DNA from: a virus
DNA: 64,000 nt
IMG/VR virus record: IMGVR_UViG_3300035703_000036
Span: 32,001 to 96,000 of that record
Direction: 5' to 3' (one strand)
The notes beneath the pieces are model-generated. The model saw only the letters and a program-made list of their open reading frames with translations, searched no databases and was not told the DNA's origin. The position numbers and the translations under genes were made by a program. This document shows positions 29,907 through 39,860 of this stretch, piece after piece (the first letter of the stretch is position 1; each line of letters begins with the position of its first letter).

Positions 29907-32108
29907 ATGATAAAAATTTTAGGGGTAAGTCAAGTTATACCGGTCAATACTTTGACCGCTTCGAGTATTATTGATAACGGCAGCCTTATTCTCAAGTCTA
30001 CAACTGATTCGGTTACCACTGGAGCAAACGCTACTTTAAATAACATATCAACTCCTATTATACGAGTAACTAGCAGCTCATTAACAGGGCTAGACATGAT
30101 ACCTGCCGGCGTAGACGGTCAGGAAATAACTCTATCAAACGATACCGGATCTTCTTTAATTGTAAATAACGATTCAGGAAGTACTCCTGCTAATAGAATT
30201 TTTACTGGAGCTGGAACGAGTATTGTTCTTCTTAATAGATCATCTATTAAACTACAGTATAATTCAACATCTCAAAGATGGTATGTGATAGGCGGATCTG
30301 GAAGCGGGTCAGTCGGAGCAGGCAATCTAGATATTTTGCTTTCTCAACCTTTTGACGGTTCTTCTTTAGTAGATTTTGTTCAAACAGGATTAGAGCTACT
30401 AGACAATCCAAATATTCAAGGAACAAAAACCGCTAGATTAACTCATCAGCCTTCAACGATCCAGTCTTTTAAGCAAATTAAAAGCGTAGATAATAAATTT
30501 CGAGGAAAAAATGTTAATCTAGAATTAGAAGTTAGATCAACAGCTCAATCTGGAAATGTTACAATTCAATTTTATGATGAGTCAAATTCTCAAGATATCG
30601 GAACTGTTGAGACAGTAACTACAGGGTCAGAATTAATATCGGCTGATACTAACCTTAATAACGTATTAACGAACATATCTAGTCTAGATATTTTAAAAAT
30701 TAAAGTAGGACAGTCTATCACAGGATCTGGTATTCCTGCCGGAACTATTGTGTCAGATGTTGACACGATGTCTTTAACTGTTACTATCTCTAAAAATGCT
30801 ACATCATCTTCTTCTGAAATATTGAGCATCTCAGATATTTCAAGAAAACAAATTTTTTATTTTGATATTCCATTAAAATGTTCATCTCTTTCATATACTG
30901 TAAAAGCTTTAGCTGAAAGTGATTTTCCAGAAACTTATATAGACGATTTAGTTATCCAGCTTAGTCCGTCTTCTTCATCAGTTACTCCTCCAGTTATTAA
31001 TAGCGATTTAGGATACATTGATGAATTTGGCAACACTGTAATGCCTTTAAGCCCAATTCTAACTTCTATAGTAATTCAGGCTTCTGATTTACAAAACTGG
31101 GCTTTGACAGCTGACAATGATGGAAATATTCAGATTGAAACTACGACAAATACAGCAAGTAATATTCTTTTTGTTGCTGATAATAGTCAGACTGTGGAAA
31201 TTGATATTGAAAATGAATCTTTAGTGGTAAATACAGTTACAGGTACAGGAACTTTATATGACAACATATACCTGTCCGCTCCAAACGGAATGGTTTTTCG
31301 TTTAGCTATAGATTCTAGCTATCAAATAAGCTTAGAAGATTCTGGTACTAATTCATTAAAGATACAAGACAAATTAGGTGTAAACTTATTTAAGATACAG
31401 CAAACGGTCGATGGGGCTTTAGCATATTTAAAAGCATTTACAGGAAATTTACCAACTCCAGAAACTGTAACCGGATCTTTGCCGATAGCAATAGATGCTT
31501 CGGGATCTGGTAATCCTATTTTAAAACTTTGGAATTCTGTATCTAGTTCTTGGATGACTCTTATAACAAAAGAAACAAAAAGCGACGCTTATCCTGTCGG
31601 AACAATAATAACTAGTTTTTTAGATTTGCAAACTTTTAGAACAGAGATGAATGATACTGGTACTGTTAAAAAATGGAAAATGTTAGACGGATCAAGTGTT
31701 GCGACAGATGATCTTAAAACAGTATTAAACTGGAATATACTACCTGATGGTCGCGGTAAGTTTTTAAGGATGATGGATGACACCACGACTCCTGTAAGTG
31801 ATTCGGATGTAGAGTCAAGACTTAGACATCAGAGTCAGTACATGGGATCGTACCAAGATGATGCTATGCAGGGTCACAGACACTTTTTAGGATCTTCAGA
31901 CGGTGACAATACAACGTCAGGACAAAACGTAGCAACTGGTTGGACACTTACCGGAGCTGCTGCTACCGCTAAAAATGTCATAACAGCAAGTATTATTCTT
32001 TATGCTAATGATCCTAGAACAGATAACACTAACGGAACACCTAGAACAACTTCTGAAACAAGACCTAAAAATATAACTGTAAATTACTTTGTGAAAGTAA
32101 ACAGATAA
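29907..32108 (+). CDS. Tail fibre with C-terminal tail-collar domain
   Basis: YPVGTII...LDGS...LPDGRGKFLR...QDDAMQGHRH...ETRPKN. Confidence 0.88.
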   Translation: MIKILGVSQVIPVNTLTASSIIDNGSLILKSTTDSVTTGANATLNNISTPIIRVTSSSLTGLDMIPAGVDGQEITLSNDTGSSLIVNNDSGSTPANRIFTGAGTSIVLLNRSSIKLQYNSTSQRWYVIGGSGSGSVGAGNLDILLSQPFDGSSLVDFVQTGLELLDNPNIQGTKTARLTHQPSTIQSFKQIKSVDNKFRGKNVNLELEVRSTAQSGNVTIQFYDESNSQDIGTVETVTTGSELISADTNLNNVLTNISSLDILKIKVGQSITGSGIPAGTIVSDVDTMSLTVTISKNATSSSSEILSISDISRKQIFYFDIPLKCSSLSYTVKALAESDFPETYIDDLVIQLSPSSSSVTPPVINSDLGYIDEFGNTVMPLSPILTSIVIQASDLQNWALTADNDGNIQIETTTNTASNILFVADNSQTVEIDIENESLVVNTVTGTGTLYDNIYLSAPNGMVFRLAIDSSYQISLEDSGTNSLKIQDKLGVNLFKIQQTVDGALAYLKAFTGNLPTPETVTGSLPIAIDASGSGNPILKLWNSVSSSWMTLITKETKSDAYPVGTIITSFLDLQTFRTEMNDTGTVKKWKMLDGSSVATDDLKTVLNWNILPDGRGKFLRMMDDTTTPVSDSDVESRLRHQSQYMGSYQDDAMQGHRHFLGSSDGDNTTSGQNVATGWTLTGAAATAKNVITASIILYANDPRTDNTNGTPRTTSETRPKNITVNYFVKVNR

Positions 32109-32121
32109 CAGAGAGGAAAAA

Positions 32122-35100
32122 ATGACTAAAAAAACCCACTTAACCAAACAAGAAGAAGCTCAAGTTGAGCATGGATTACAGGTAAGAAGTGATAATCCTT
32201 CTTCTCCTTTATCGAACCATATTTGGTATAATAGTAGTGAAAATAAACTATCAATGTTTATAGGCGGTATTGAAAAAAGAATCAACGTAAGAGTTTTATC
32301 TGGAGATCCTTCATCGCCAGTTGAAAACGAAGTGTGGATCAATACTTCTGCAAGTGCTTTAAAATTTCACAGCGGAGGAGTTACTACTTCTATCAATTTT
32401 GGAGCTGGAATAGTAAACACTGATGTTCAAGATAATGGGGAACTTTATCTTTCTATTTTAGACGATGCTGAACTTGCTTTAATTGCAGACGTCTCTATGA
32501 GAAATCCTAACTTTTTAATTGATTCATTTCAAGCTGTAAAAGAATCTTCTACTTATACAAACACTATTGTTGAAGCTTCTAGATTAGCGTTACCAAGCGC
32601 TAGCAATTCTGGTACTTACTCTAGAACAGAAAAAATGTCTAATTTTTCTAACAGTGTTGAAGGCGTTGCTGTTGTATCGGCGCAAGCTTTTGCTCCACAT
32701 TTAGTAACTCACAATGGCGGAATAGTAAGTCCTACAAATGAAATGGTAGTTTTTTACGGCGATTTAACTTCATATTTTGCTGCTAACAAAAAAATGTTAT
32801 GCTACGAGCTTTATACAATCGATAGCGTAGATAAGCACTTATATGTTCTTGATTCAGAACATAAACCACTAGTACTCACTATCGCTGCGGTTACTTATGA
32901 TGCGGTTTTAAATAGAACATCAGTAGAAATCAATAGCAGTGGGACTGACTTAACTTTAGGTTATGGATCAGCTTTACACTATGCTAAAATTAGATTTATT
33001 AATAACAACATTAAAGTAGAAGCTTCTGCGGGAACTACTCTTACTGAATTAGATATTAAAGAAGCTCACGCTACACGTTATAGACGTTTAATTGGAGAAA
33101 CTAATCTAACAGATTTAACTTCACAATATGCCGGATCAGTCAATAGTTTTGTCTGTAAGGCTTCTCCATCTGGACAATATGTTTTTGTAATGGCCGCAGT
33201 GGAAAGAACGTCTAATTCAAATACTATTGTAATTTGGTATTCAACAGATTACGGTAAATCTTTTAAACAAGCCGATAATTTCAGCTCAAATCTAACTGAA
33301 GTCGGGGGCGATGAAGCTTACGTTCATTCTAATGCTTTTTTAAGTGAATACTCAAACGCTTACATGTCTCCTAGAGGAATAGAGATTAGTGACGATGGTA
33401 AGGTTATTTTCACTCACTATATCTATAACGCTTCTGCTTATCCGCAAAATGCTTGTTTTTTTGCAAAATTAACTTCGCCTACTTTTGATTATAGACCAAT
33501 AGCTTCTTCTGGATATAAGGGCGGATTCATTCAAAGAGGCGCTACTTGGTACGGAAACAGCTGCGCTTTAGCTATGGATTTTTCTAACAATATTTTAGCC
33601 GCAGTATTCAGTCAAAATGGTGATGGATACGTGAATTTTTATTCAATAAACTGGACAAATATGTCTAGCTCTTATGGATCAAACGCCGCAATTGGAGGAT
33701 CTACTGCGGGCGCTCAATATCCTATTGTAACTTTTTGGAAAACTTATGAGGGTGAACAGCAATTGTTTATCGCTCTTACAAACAGCTCCAACGCTTATAA
33801 TTATGCTTGGTCTATTAGATACAGTGAAGTTGCTGCTGGTATGGCGGCTTCAACTACCGTTACGGCTAGAGGAGCTTTTGCTACTTCTCCTACATCTGGA
33901 AGAAATACAGACAGCACTTTTACACATTTGATTACTTCATCAGGATCTTTTGTTGATTGGTGTTTTAGTGATGATGGTAACGAGCTACTTATCTACAAGC
34001 ACGATACGGACGGAGAACAGTATCTAATTACTTTAAATTTTGGAGTAACAAGTGCTACTACTTTCTTATACCACGGAAACCCTAGTAACTATAAATACAA
34101 TACAGTCGGATCTTTAATTAGATTAGACGCCGCAGCTTTGATTGCTACCGATTATGACGGAAACCCTGTTTCTACAGATCTAGCATATCTTAGAAGATAT
34201 TCTAGCCAGAGAATGATCGCAAAAGGAAACACTATCCATGTTAACGTTCCTTTAAGAAAGACAGTGGGAGCTACTTATACTTCTGCTCTTTCAACTTATA
34301 TGAAAATACCAGACTATAAACAATTGCTTGGTCTTCATTATGTTAACGTTCCTGGCGCTCAATCAAACGTATCTCTGAACTTACCGGCTGATGCTGCTGG
34401 TAACGGTACACGTTTTTATCAATCTGTTACTATCCCGACTTCTTCTAACTATCCTACAGCAAACAACTATTCTACTTTTTATACTTCTGGCTTGGTTCCA
34501 ATTAGAACTATTGCTTTATTGATGGGTAAAAACTATGCTACTAAATCAGCTTATAAAGTAAATGGTAAAATTTCTGTAAAATTATACGGAGCAAATGGGG
34601 ACGGTACGATTAATTTATCTAGCGTTTTAGCTACTTCTAAAAATGCTTGGATTGTAAACAACCTTACTCAATATGCTGAAAATAACTGGTTTGAGTTTGT
34701 TTTTGATAACGTTCAATTAGCACCAGGTACAACTTTCTATATCGGAGTAGAGCCTGATTGGGATATGAGTAAAGCCGCTAACTATAACCCAACCGGATTA
34801 GCTTTGACAACAAGAGGATTTGTAACTATTGGAGCAAGAGCCGGTACAGGATTTCCTAGATGTTATAGAGGATTAGATAATGATACGTTAGCCAACATAT
34901 CATTAGCTAACTTTGAATTATGGTATAGAATTTTTGACTTCTTTAAATGTCCAGTTGGAACTATGCAAGATAACCAATACTGGTATACAGCTTCAGACTG
35001 TAACGCTGATTATTTTGGAGCGGATTCAGAATCTACTATTGCTTGGTATAATAAAACAAGTAGTGAAATGACTGTCACTTATAAAAATGGCGCAGCTACA

Positions 35101-36267
35101 CAGGCTATCAACAATGCTAATTACGGCACTGGTATGGATAGAACTTGGTACGGTAAAATTACAGACTCTTTAGGAGCTAATTTTATGCCTGTCTTCTCAG
35201 CGCCTTCTGTGCTTGGTGTTGCTGATTCTCATGAAAAATCAATGCTATTTGCTGTAGCTTTAGGTTCAGATGATTCTAGAACTATTGACCCTAGAACAGG
35301 AGTTGCGGATAGTTCTAAATACAATTACAGAGCTATCGGTGGTATTCCGATTGATCCAGCTTCTAATACTAACTTGTCTAAAGCTATTACCGCATCTGGA
35401 TTGACTTATGGGGTAACGGATGATTCTGATTTTATTCAAGGAAAATGTTTATCATTTAAAGGTAATACCTATCTTTATTATGACCAATACACACGTTTTT
35501 TAAGAATGTTAGGAAGTCGTGACTTTGTTGTTCAAGCAGAAATAAAGCCTGATAGTACTGATTTAGATTTAGCTTACCATTATATTTTTGGTATGGAAGG
35601 TTTTGCTAGATTAAGTATATATCAAAATAAGCTAACTGCTCTTATCTGGGATAACGTAGGAACAACTTACACATATCAATCGTCAGAATTAATGACTACA
35701 GCTTATAGAGTTGTAAGATTAAGTAAATCTAGTACTAGCGGTATTAAGTTAAGCTATAGTTTTGATAGAGTTAACTTTTTTGATTTAACCTTAACCGGAT
35801 CAAACCCTTCAGAATTTTCTGGAGGAAGAACAGTCGGATATGCTGCGACTTCTTGGAGTTACCTGTATATTGGTTCGCACACTTCAGCTTTACCTTTTTA
35901 TGGTAAAATCGGAGAATTTAGAATTTATTATAATACAGCTACTCCTCCTTCAACTTCTCTTACTAAGTTGAATTACGATTTACATCTACCAAGATTGAAC
36001 GTTATCAATGGCGGAATTAGAATTTGCGCATTAACAGCTAATCATCATAATGCAACTAGTTATAGAGAGAATTCTGCTAGAATGACTTTTTTACCTATTA
36101 ATCATGGAAATTTAAATTCTATCGTTGCTACTAATGATCAGTTATTTAAATTTAACGAACCGGTAAACGAAGGCCAGAACGCTAAATTACAGATAACTAT
36201 GGAAAGAGTTAGCAATAAAGATCCTAACAATGTTCAAGGTATCCTCGTCAATTATTTGAAAAAATAA
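32122..36267 (+). CDS. Large receptor-binding protein (Asp-box propeller, C-terminal LamG-like domain)
   Basis: YSTDYGKSF Asp-box; LYIG...FYGKIGEFRIY; duplicated PSSP...W.N at N-terminus. Confidence 0.7.
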   Translation: MTKKTHLTKQEEAQVEHGLQVRSDNPSSPLSNHIWYNSSENKLSMFIGGIEKRINVRVLSGDPSSPVENEVWINTSASALKFHSGGVTTSINFGAGIVNTDVQDNGELYLSILDDAELALIADVSMRNPNFLIDSFQAVKESSTYTNTIVEASRLALPSASNSGTYSRTEKMSNFSNSVEGVAVVSAQAFAPHLVTHNGGIVSPTNEMVVFYGDLTSYFAANKKMLCYELYTIDSVDKHLYVLDSEHKPLVLTIAAVTYDAVLNRTSVEINSSGTDLTLGYGSALHYAKIRFINNNIKVEASAGTTLTELDIKEAHATRYRRLIGETNLTDLTSQYAGSVNSFVCKASPSGQYVFVMAAVERTSNSNTIVIWYSTDYGKSFKQADNFSSNLTEVGGDEAYVHSNAFLSEYSNAYMSPRGIEISDDGKVIFTHYIYNASAYPQNACFFAKLTSPTFDYRPIASSGYKGGFIQRGATWYGNSCALAMDFSNNILAAVFSQNGDGYVNFYSINWTNMSSSYGSNAAIGGSTAGAQYPIVTFWKTYEGEQQLFIALTNSSNAYNYAWSIRYSEVAAGMAASTTVTARGAFATSPTSGRNTDSTFTHLITSSGSFVDWCFSDDGNELLIYKHDTDGEQYLITLNFGVTSATTFLYHGNPSNYKYNTVGSLIRLDAAALIATDYDGNPVSTDLAYLRRYSSQRMIAKGNTIHVNVPLRKTVGATYTSALSTYMKIPDYKQLLGLHYVNVPGAQSNVSLNLPADAAGNGTRFYQSVTIPTSSNYPTANNYSTFYTSGLVPIRTIALLMGKNYATKSAYKVNGKISVKLYGANGDGTINLSSVLATSKNAWIVNNLTQYAENNWFEFVFDNVQLAPGTTFYIGVEPDWDMSKAANYNPTGLALTTRGFVTIGARAGTGFPRCYRGLDNDTLANISLANFELWYRIFDFFKCPVGTMQDNQYWYTASDCNADYFGADSESTIAWYNKTSSEMTVTYKNGAATQAINNANYGTGMDRTWYGKITDSLGANFMPVFSAPSVLGVADSHEKSMLFAVALGSDDSRTIDPRTGVADSSKYNYRAIGGIPIDPASNTNLSKAITASGLTYGVTDDSDFIQGKCLSFKGNTYLYYDQYTRFLRMLGSRDFVVQAEIKPDSTDLDLAYHYIFGMEGFARLSIYQNKLTALIWDNVGTTYTYQSSELMTTAYRVVRLSKSSTSGIKLSYSFDRVNFFDLTLTGSNPSEFSGGRTVGYAATSWSYLYIGSHTSALPFYGKIGEFRIYYNTATPPSTSLTKLNYDLHLPRLNVINGGIRICALTANHHNATSYRENSARMTFLPINHGNLNSIVATNDQLFKFNEPVNEGQNAKLQITMERVSNKDPNNVQGILVNYLKK

Positions 36268-36271
36268 ATTT

Positions 36272-36309
36272 TAAACGCCAAGATAAGTGAATAACTGTCT
36301 TGGCGTTTA
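36272..36309. other. 12-bp perfect stem-loop
   Basis: TAAACGCCAAGA ... TCTTGGCGTTTA; no U-tract on the + strand. Confidence 0.7.
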
Positions 36310-36319
36310 CCTATCTACA

Positions 36320-37036
36320 ATGAATATAGATCAGTGGTTTAACCCTACACACGGACTTGAGCTAGAGCCTGATATTAATTTTGGCTCTAGAAATAACGAA
36401 AATGGAATACTGTTCTATTGTGTTTATATCATTTTATTAAAAGAAAGAAGAGAGCTATCGGTAGACGAAATTAATAGACTGGTATTTCTTTTAGAAGATC
36501 TTGAATCCTACGATAAAAACGGAAATAGAATAAGAGGATTGTACGATCGAGGAGCTAGGGAATCTTTAACAATTCCTTACGACAAAAGAAGAACAATCTC
36601 TCACGATAATATCACAGCTATCTCATCTTTATCCCCAGATCATGCTAAAGATATTTACAAGTATGGTTTAAAGCATTTCTTTATATACAATAACTGCAAG
36701 CCAAGATTGAGGGCTCCAATGAACCCTTCAAATTGGTCTATCTGGTCATACAATGGCGGATCTAAGTTTTTTTGGATGTTATTCGCATGGATATATGTCA
36801 TTAACATGCTCATATCTTGTAATAAATCTCCAAAAGAAACTTCTTCAAAGCAGCTTTATTTTGTAGAATTATACAACGTAAAAGAAAGTAACTTATTTTG
36901 GAAATTGTGCTGGAAATATTACAAAAGAAAAATGACTAAACAATATGGTGAATTTTGGCTTCATGAAATAGCTAAAATATACTATCAACATCCGGAACAT
37001 CCTAATCGTATCCTGTCTGAAGGAATGAGGTTTTAA
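36320..37036 (+). CDS. Hypothetical, probably helical enzyme-like protein
   Basis: NENG, SHDN segments; function not recognised. Confidence 0.6.
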   Translation: MNIDQWFNPTHGLELEPDINFGSRNNENGILFYCVYIILLKERRELSVDEINRLVFLLEDLESYDKNGNRIRGLYDRGARESLTIPYDKRRTISHDNITAISSLSPDHAKDIYKYGLKHFFIYNNCKPRLRAPMNPSNWSIWSYNGGSKFFWMLFAWIYVINMLISCNKSPKETSSKQLYFVELYNVKESNLFWKLCWKYYKRKMTKQYGEFWLHEIAKIYYQHPEHPNRILSEGMRF

Positions 37037-37324
37037 ATGCAAGAATGGTGGAAAGAATTTGTTAATAAACTGAACGAAAAAGGAATTCCTTTGCCTACTC
37101 TTAAAGATCCTCAAACTGGAAAAGGGTCAGTCACTCTAACTCTAGTTTTTATATCGGCTAATATTGTCATAGTAGCTCTTTTAAATTCTTTTGCAAAGGT
37201 TTTTAAAGGCGTAGATACCGATAACGCTATTCAGTTCTTTTTAATATGCTTAGGCGGATATTTAGGTCGTAAATTTCAAACAAAAAATGGAAGCTCTATA
37301 GAGCCTCCATCAGATAAGAACTAA
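37037..37324 (+). CDS. Holin-like two-TM protein
   Basis: Two TM helices, charged C-terminus, end of late module. Confidence 0.5.
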   Translation: MQEWWKEFVNKLNEKGIPLPTLKDPQTGKGSVTLTLVFISANIVIVALLNSFAKVFKGVDTDNAIQFFLICLGGYLGRKFQTKNGSSIEPPSDKN

Positions 37325-37360
37325 AATTCAAAACTTATCATTACGCACTTGTTAATAGGA

Positions 37361-37531
37361 TTAACGGAAAGGGATCGGCTTATCGGAAACTCTCCCTAAT
37401 CGCTCTTGACGAGCCCTCACTTTTTCTAGGCAAGATTCTTTTTCAGATCCGATCTTACTGTCGCATGATAAATTAGATGAACTAGAGCATCCAAAAGTCA
37501 TCACGGTAACCAATAATAAAATAAATTTCAT
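37361..37531 (-). CDS. Small lipoprotein, 56 aa
   Basis: Manual translation MKFILLLVTVMTFGCSSSS...; two further Cys. Confidence 0.7.
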   Translation of the reverse strand: MKFILLLVTVMTFGCSSSSNLSCDSKIGSEKESCLEKVRARQERLGRVSDKPIPFR

Positions 37532-37532
37532 A

Positions 37533-37772
37533 CTATTCTTCCTCTTCTTTATTCGATTCTTTTTTATCTAGCTTGGCTAATTCCAAGTAAACTCTATTCA
37601 AAACGTGTTCTGGCTCTAGATAAAATTCATCTTTCCATCCATCGCCTGTGCTTTTATTTTTTACAAAACCAAAATTGCTAAGTATTTGACCAAATCTTAG
37701 ATCTGGATTATTCTCTATCAGATCATACAGTATTACCATTAGCTCCCTATTTGCGTTCTGCCTATCACTCAT
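37533..37772 (-). CDS. Hypothetical phage protein (NPDLRFGQ family)
   Basis: NPDLRFGQIL motif common in phages; start uncertain. Confidence 0.65.
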   Translation of the reverse strand: MSDRQNANRELMVILYDLIENNPDLRFGQILSNFGFVKNKSTGDGWKDEFYLEPEHVLNRVYLELAKLDKKESNKEEEE

Positions 37773-38037
37773 CCTCATGCTCCAGATCTTCTTCCGCGTC
37801 GTAATCAAAATCCACTACACCTTTTTGTCTTAGCAAGATATTATCAAGCTCATCTTTCATACTGTCTTCGCTTATTGCCTCGTACATATCGGCCGGAACA
37901 ATATCAATTAAACAATTATCCTCAAAAGTAAATACTACATTAGTAGTCTGAATAGTGTCGTCTTCCCCTATTTCGTATTCGATATTAGCGGCGTCCAACA
38001 TTCTTTCTAAAGTTTTCATGTCATTTTTAGCAGCCAT
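37765..38037 (-). CDS. Acidic hypothetical protein
   Basis: GGAGG RBS. Confidence 0.65.
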   Translation of the reverse strand: MAAKNDMKTLERMLDAANIEYEIGEDDTIQTTNVVFTFEDNCLIDIVPADMYEAISEDSMKDELDNILLRQKGVVDFDYDAEEDLEHEDE

Positions 38038-38045
38038 AATTCCTC

Positions 38046-39023
38046 CTATAATTTTTTAATTTCTTTTACCGCTTGCTTAGTGATATTACAATCCTGAGCT
38101 AAATTAAATCTTATTAACTTCTGTTCTTGATCTAAAGTAACAAATCCAACTCCAATGTCTTCTAATTTTTTCATCAAAAATTCATCAGCAAAAACAGGAT
38201 AAAACATACCGTTTTCAGGAACTTCCTGAGAATCGAACAAAGAACTTAGTTTAGCCATCTCTTCTCTGTTGTAATCAATATATCTTGCTGCCTTTTTGTG
38301 AAATACATCTAAATCTGTTTTTTCTAAAATCTCTATCATAAATCTTTGAGATACCGTACTGACATTCATTATAGTATATTTTACCGTATCAAAACAATTT
38401 TTGAATATTTCTTCATTATTTGTAGCGATCCATCCGACACGCCATCCGGCTAGTCCAAAAGATTTACTATAAGATCCGACATTTACAACATGAGCAGGAT
38501 GAGCGATTGCGCCTCTAATATCTCTAATTTTGCTTTTTTGGTAAGCAGGGCCTGCGTAGACACTATCCCAAATTGTGTTAATTCCATTTATTTTACACGT
38601 AGATATGCTGCCCCAAGGATTACTAGGGCTATCGTCTATAACTAGTCCATCATGCTTGTCTACTTCATCTCCACCAATTACAGGAGTCATTCCGGCTTTT
38701 TTTATAATTTGAGGATAATAAGGAAAATGCTGCTCTCTAATCAGAACTATGTCATTTCCTTTTTGAGAAAAGTAATTTAAAACAACAGATAAAGCATGGG
38801 TACAGCCGTCGGTTATAATTAAATACTTGTAGTCAATACCGATAGTATTTTTAATAAATTTCTTTGTTAATTCAACAAGCTTTTGCTCGCCGCCATATTC
38901 CCCATATCCTTGAGAAATAAGATCCGGCTTATTTATCTGAAGTCTACCGTTAAACTCTTCAAGTAAGGCTTTTCTAATACAGACAGGATCTCCCCATCCT
39001 AGCGGATATTTAATTTTATTCAT
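38046..39023 (-). CDS. PLP-dependent aminotransferase class I/II-like enzyme
   Basis: SPSNPWG, WDSVY, SYSKSFGLAGWRVGW (Schiff-base Lys), C-terminal IRFN. Confidence 0.9.
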   Translation of the reverse strand: MNKIKYPLGWGDPVCIRKALLEEFNGRLQINKPDLISQGYGEYGGEQKLVELTKKFIKNTIGIDYKYLIITDGCTHALSVVLNYFSQKGNDIVLIREQHFPYYPQIIKKAGMTPVIGGDEVDKHDGLVIDDSPSNPWGSISTCKINGINTIWDSVYAGPAYQKSKIRDIRGAIAHPAHVVNVGSYSKSFGLAGWRVGWIATNNEEIFKNCFDTVKYTIMNVSTVSQRFMIEILEKTDLDVFHKKAARYIDYNREEMAKLSSLFDSQEVPENGMFYPVFADEFLMKKLEDIGVGFVTLDQEQKLIRFNLAQDCNITKQAVKEIKKL

Positions 39024-39465
39024 TCTTTTTGTCCGCCGTTTCTTGTAAAAACTTATCCATCTTCTCTATGTAAAAGCTGGTTTTAATCATCATGAAATCA
39101 TTTCCAACATCTCTAATCTGTTGTTGGGTCAATGAATATTTAGTTGCAAGGCCTTCTATTGCTTTGTCTTGATATATTTTAAACTCTTCTTCTTTTTGCT
39201 TATCTAGTAAGTAATGATTAATTGCTTTCTTTTGCATAAAAGCATCTCGCCCACTTATTTTACCGCATTCTTTGCAAACCGTATTATCATTAATAATTAC
39301 CCAAGAATGAACTTTACATTGATTTTCTTCCATTTCTTTATATTTTTTGTTATTTTTATTTAATCTAATCATTTCTTGTATTTGCTCAATTATCAAAATA
39401 AATATAATAAAAATAAGAACCGATATTACAATTACCGCAGATGCCGTTACTATTGTTTTTAACAT
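39016..39465 (-). CDS. Membrane-anchored protein with CxxH.W...CxxC Zn site
   Basis: N-terminal TM; CKVHSW...CKECG. Confidence 0.65.
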   Translation of the reverse strand: MLKTIVTASAVIVISVLIFIIFILIIEQIQEMIRLNKNNKKYKEMEENQCKVHSWVIINDNTVCKECGKISGRDAFMQKKAINHYLLDKQKEEEFKIYQDKAIEGLATKYSLTQQQIRDVGNDFMMIKTSFYIEKMDKFLQETADKKNE

Positions 39466-39761
39466 TATTTTTTACCTTTTTTAATTTTCTTTTTAGCTTT
39501 TTTTACCTTCTTAGAAAGCTTAGCGCGCAAAACTTTACGATATTCTTTATGCACATTTATAATATCTTTTTTAGATGGACATAAGCTTTGCTCTATTTCT
39601 TCCCAAGTAATTTCGCCTCTTTTTACAGCTAAACAAAGCTGAGTATATGCCATTTGAAAAGCAAAGCTATCGGGATCACGCTTGGGGTCTATCATAACCG
39701 TAGGCCCTCTTAAGTAAGAGCATTTTTTGATTCTTTTAATAGCGTTTTCCAAGATTGTCAT
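39465..39761 (-). CDS. Basic hypothetical protein (start moved to 39761)
   Basis: AAGGAG RBS; Lys-rich tail. Confidence 0.6.
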   Translation of the reverse strand: MTILENAIKRIKKCSYLRGPTVMIDPKRDPDSFAFQMAYTQLCLAVKRGEITWEEIEQSLCPSKKDIINVHKEYRKVLRAKLSKKVKKAKKKIKKGKK

Positions 39762-39777
39762 AATGCTCCTTTGTTCT

Positions 39778-39818
39778 ATAAAATAGAACAATTGTTACAT
39801 AAAATAGAACAATTGTTA
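39778..39818. repeat. Tandem 20-bp direct repeat ATAAAATAGAACAATTGTTA (period 21)
   Basis: 39778-39797 and 39799-39818, each containing palindrome AACAATTGTT. Confidence 0.9.
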
Positions 39819-39831
39819 ATTATTATATGTA

Positions 39832-39860
39832 ATTTTAGCACGATAATTAATTTAAGTCAA
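39832..39860 (-). promoter_or_regulatory. sigma70-type promoter TTGACT-N17-TAAAAT with TGn
   Basis: Direct match. Confidence 0.7.

Noticed and set aside
15222-35052. + strand TGGTATAAT matches near 15222, 32224 and 35044
   Set aside because: Inside coding sequence and far from any downstream start codon; likely chance or W-Y-N codons.
39778-39818. CRISPR-like repeat
   Set aside because: Only two adjacent copies, no spacers, no cas genes.
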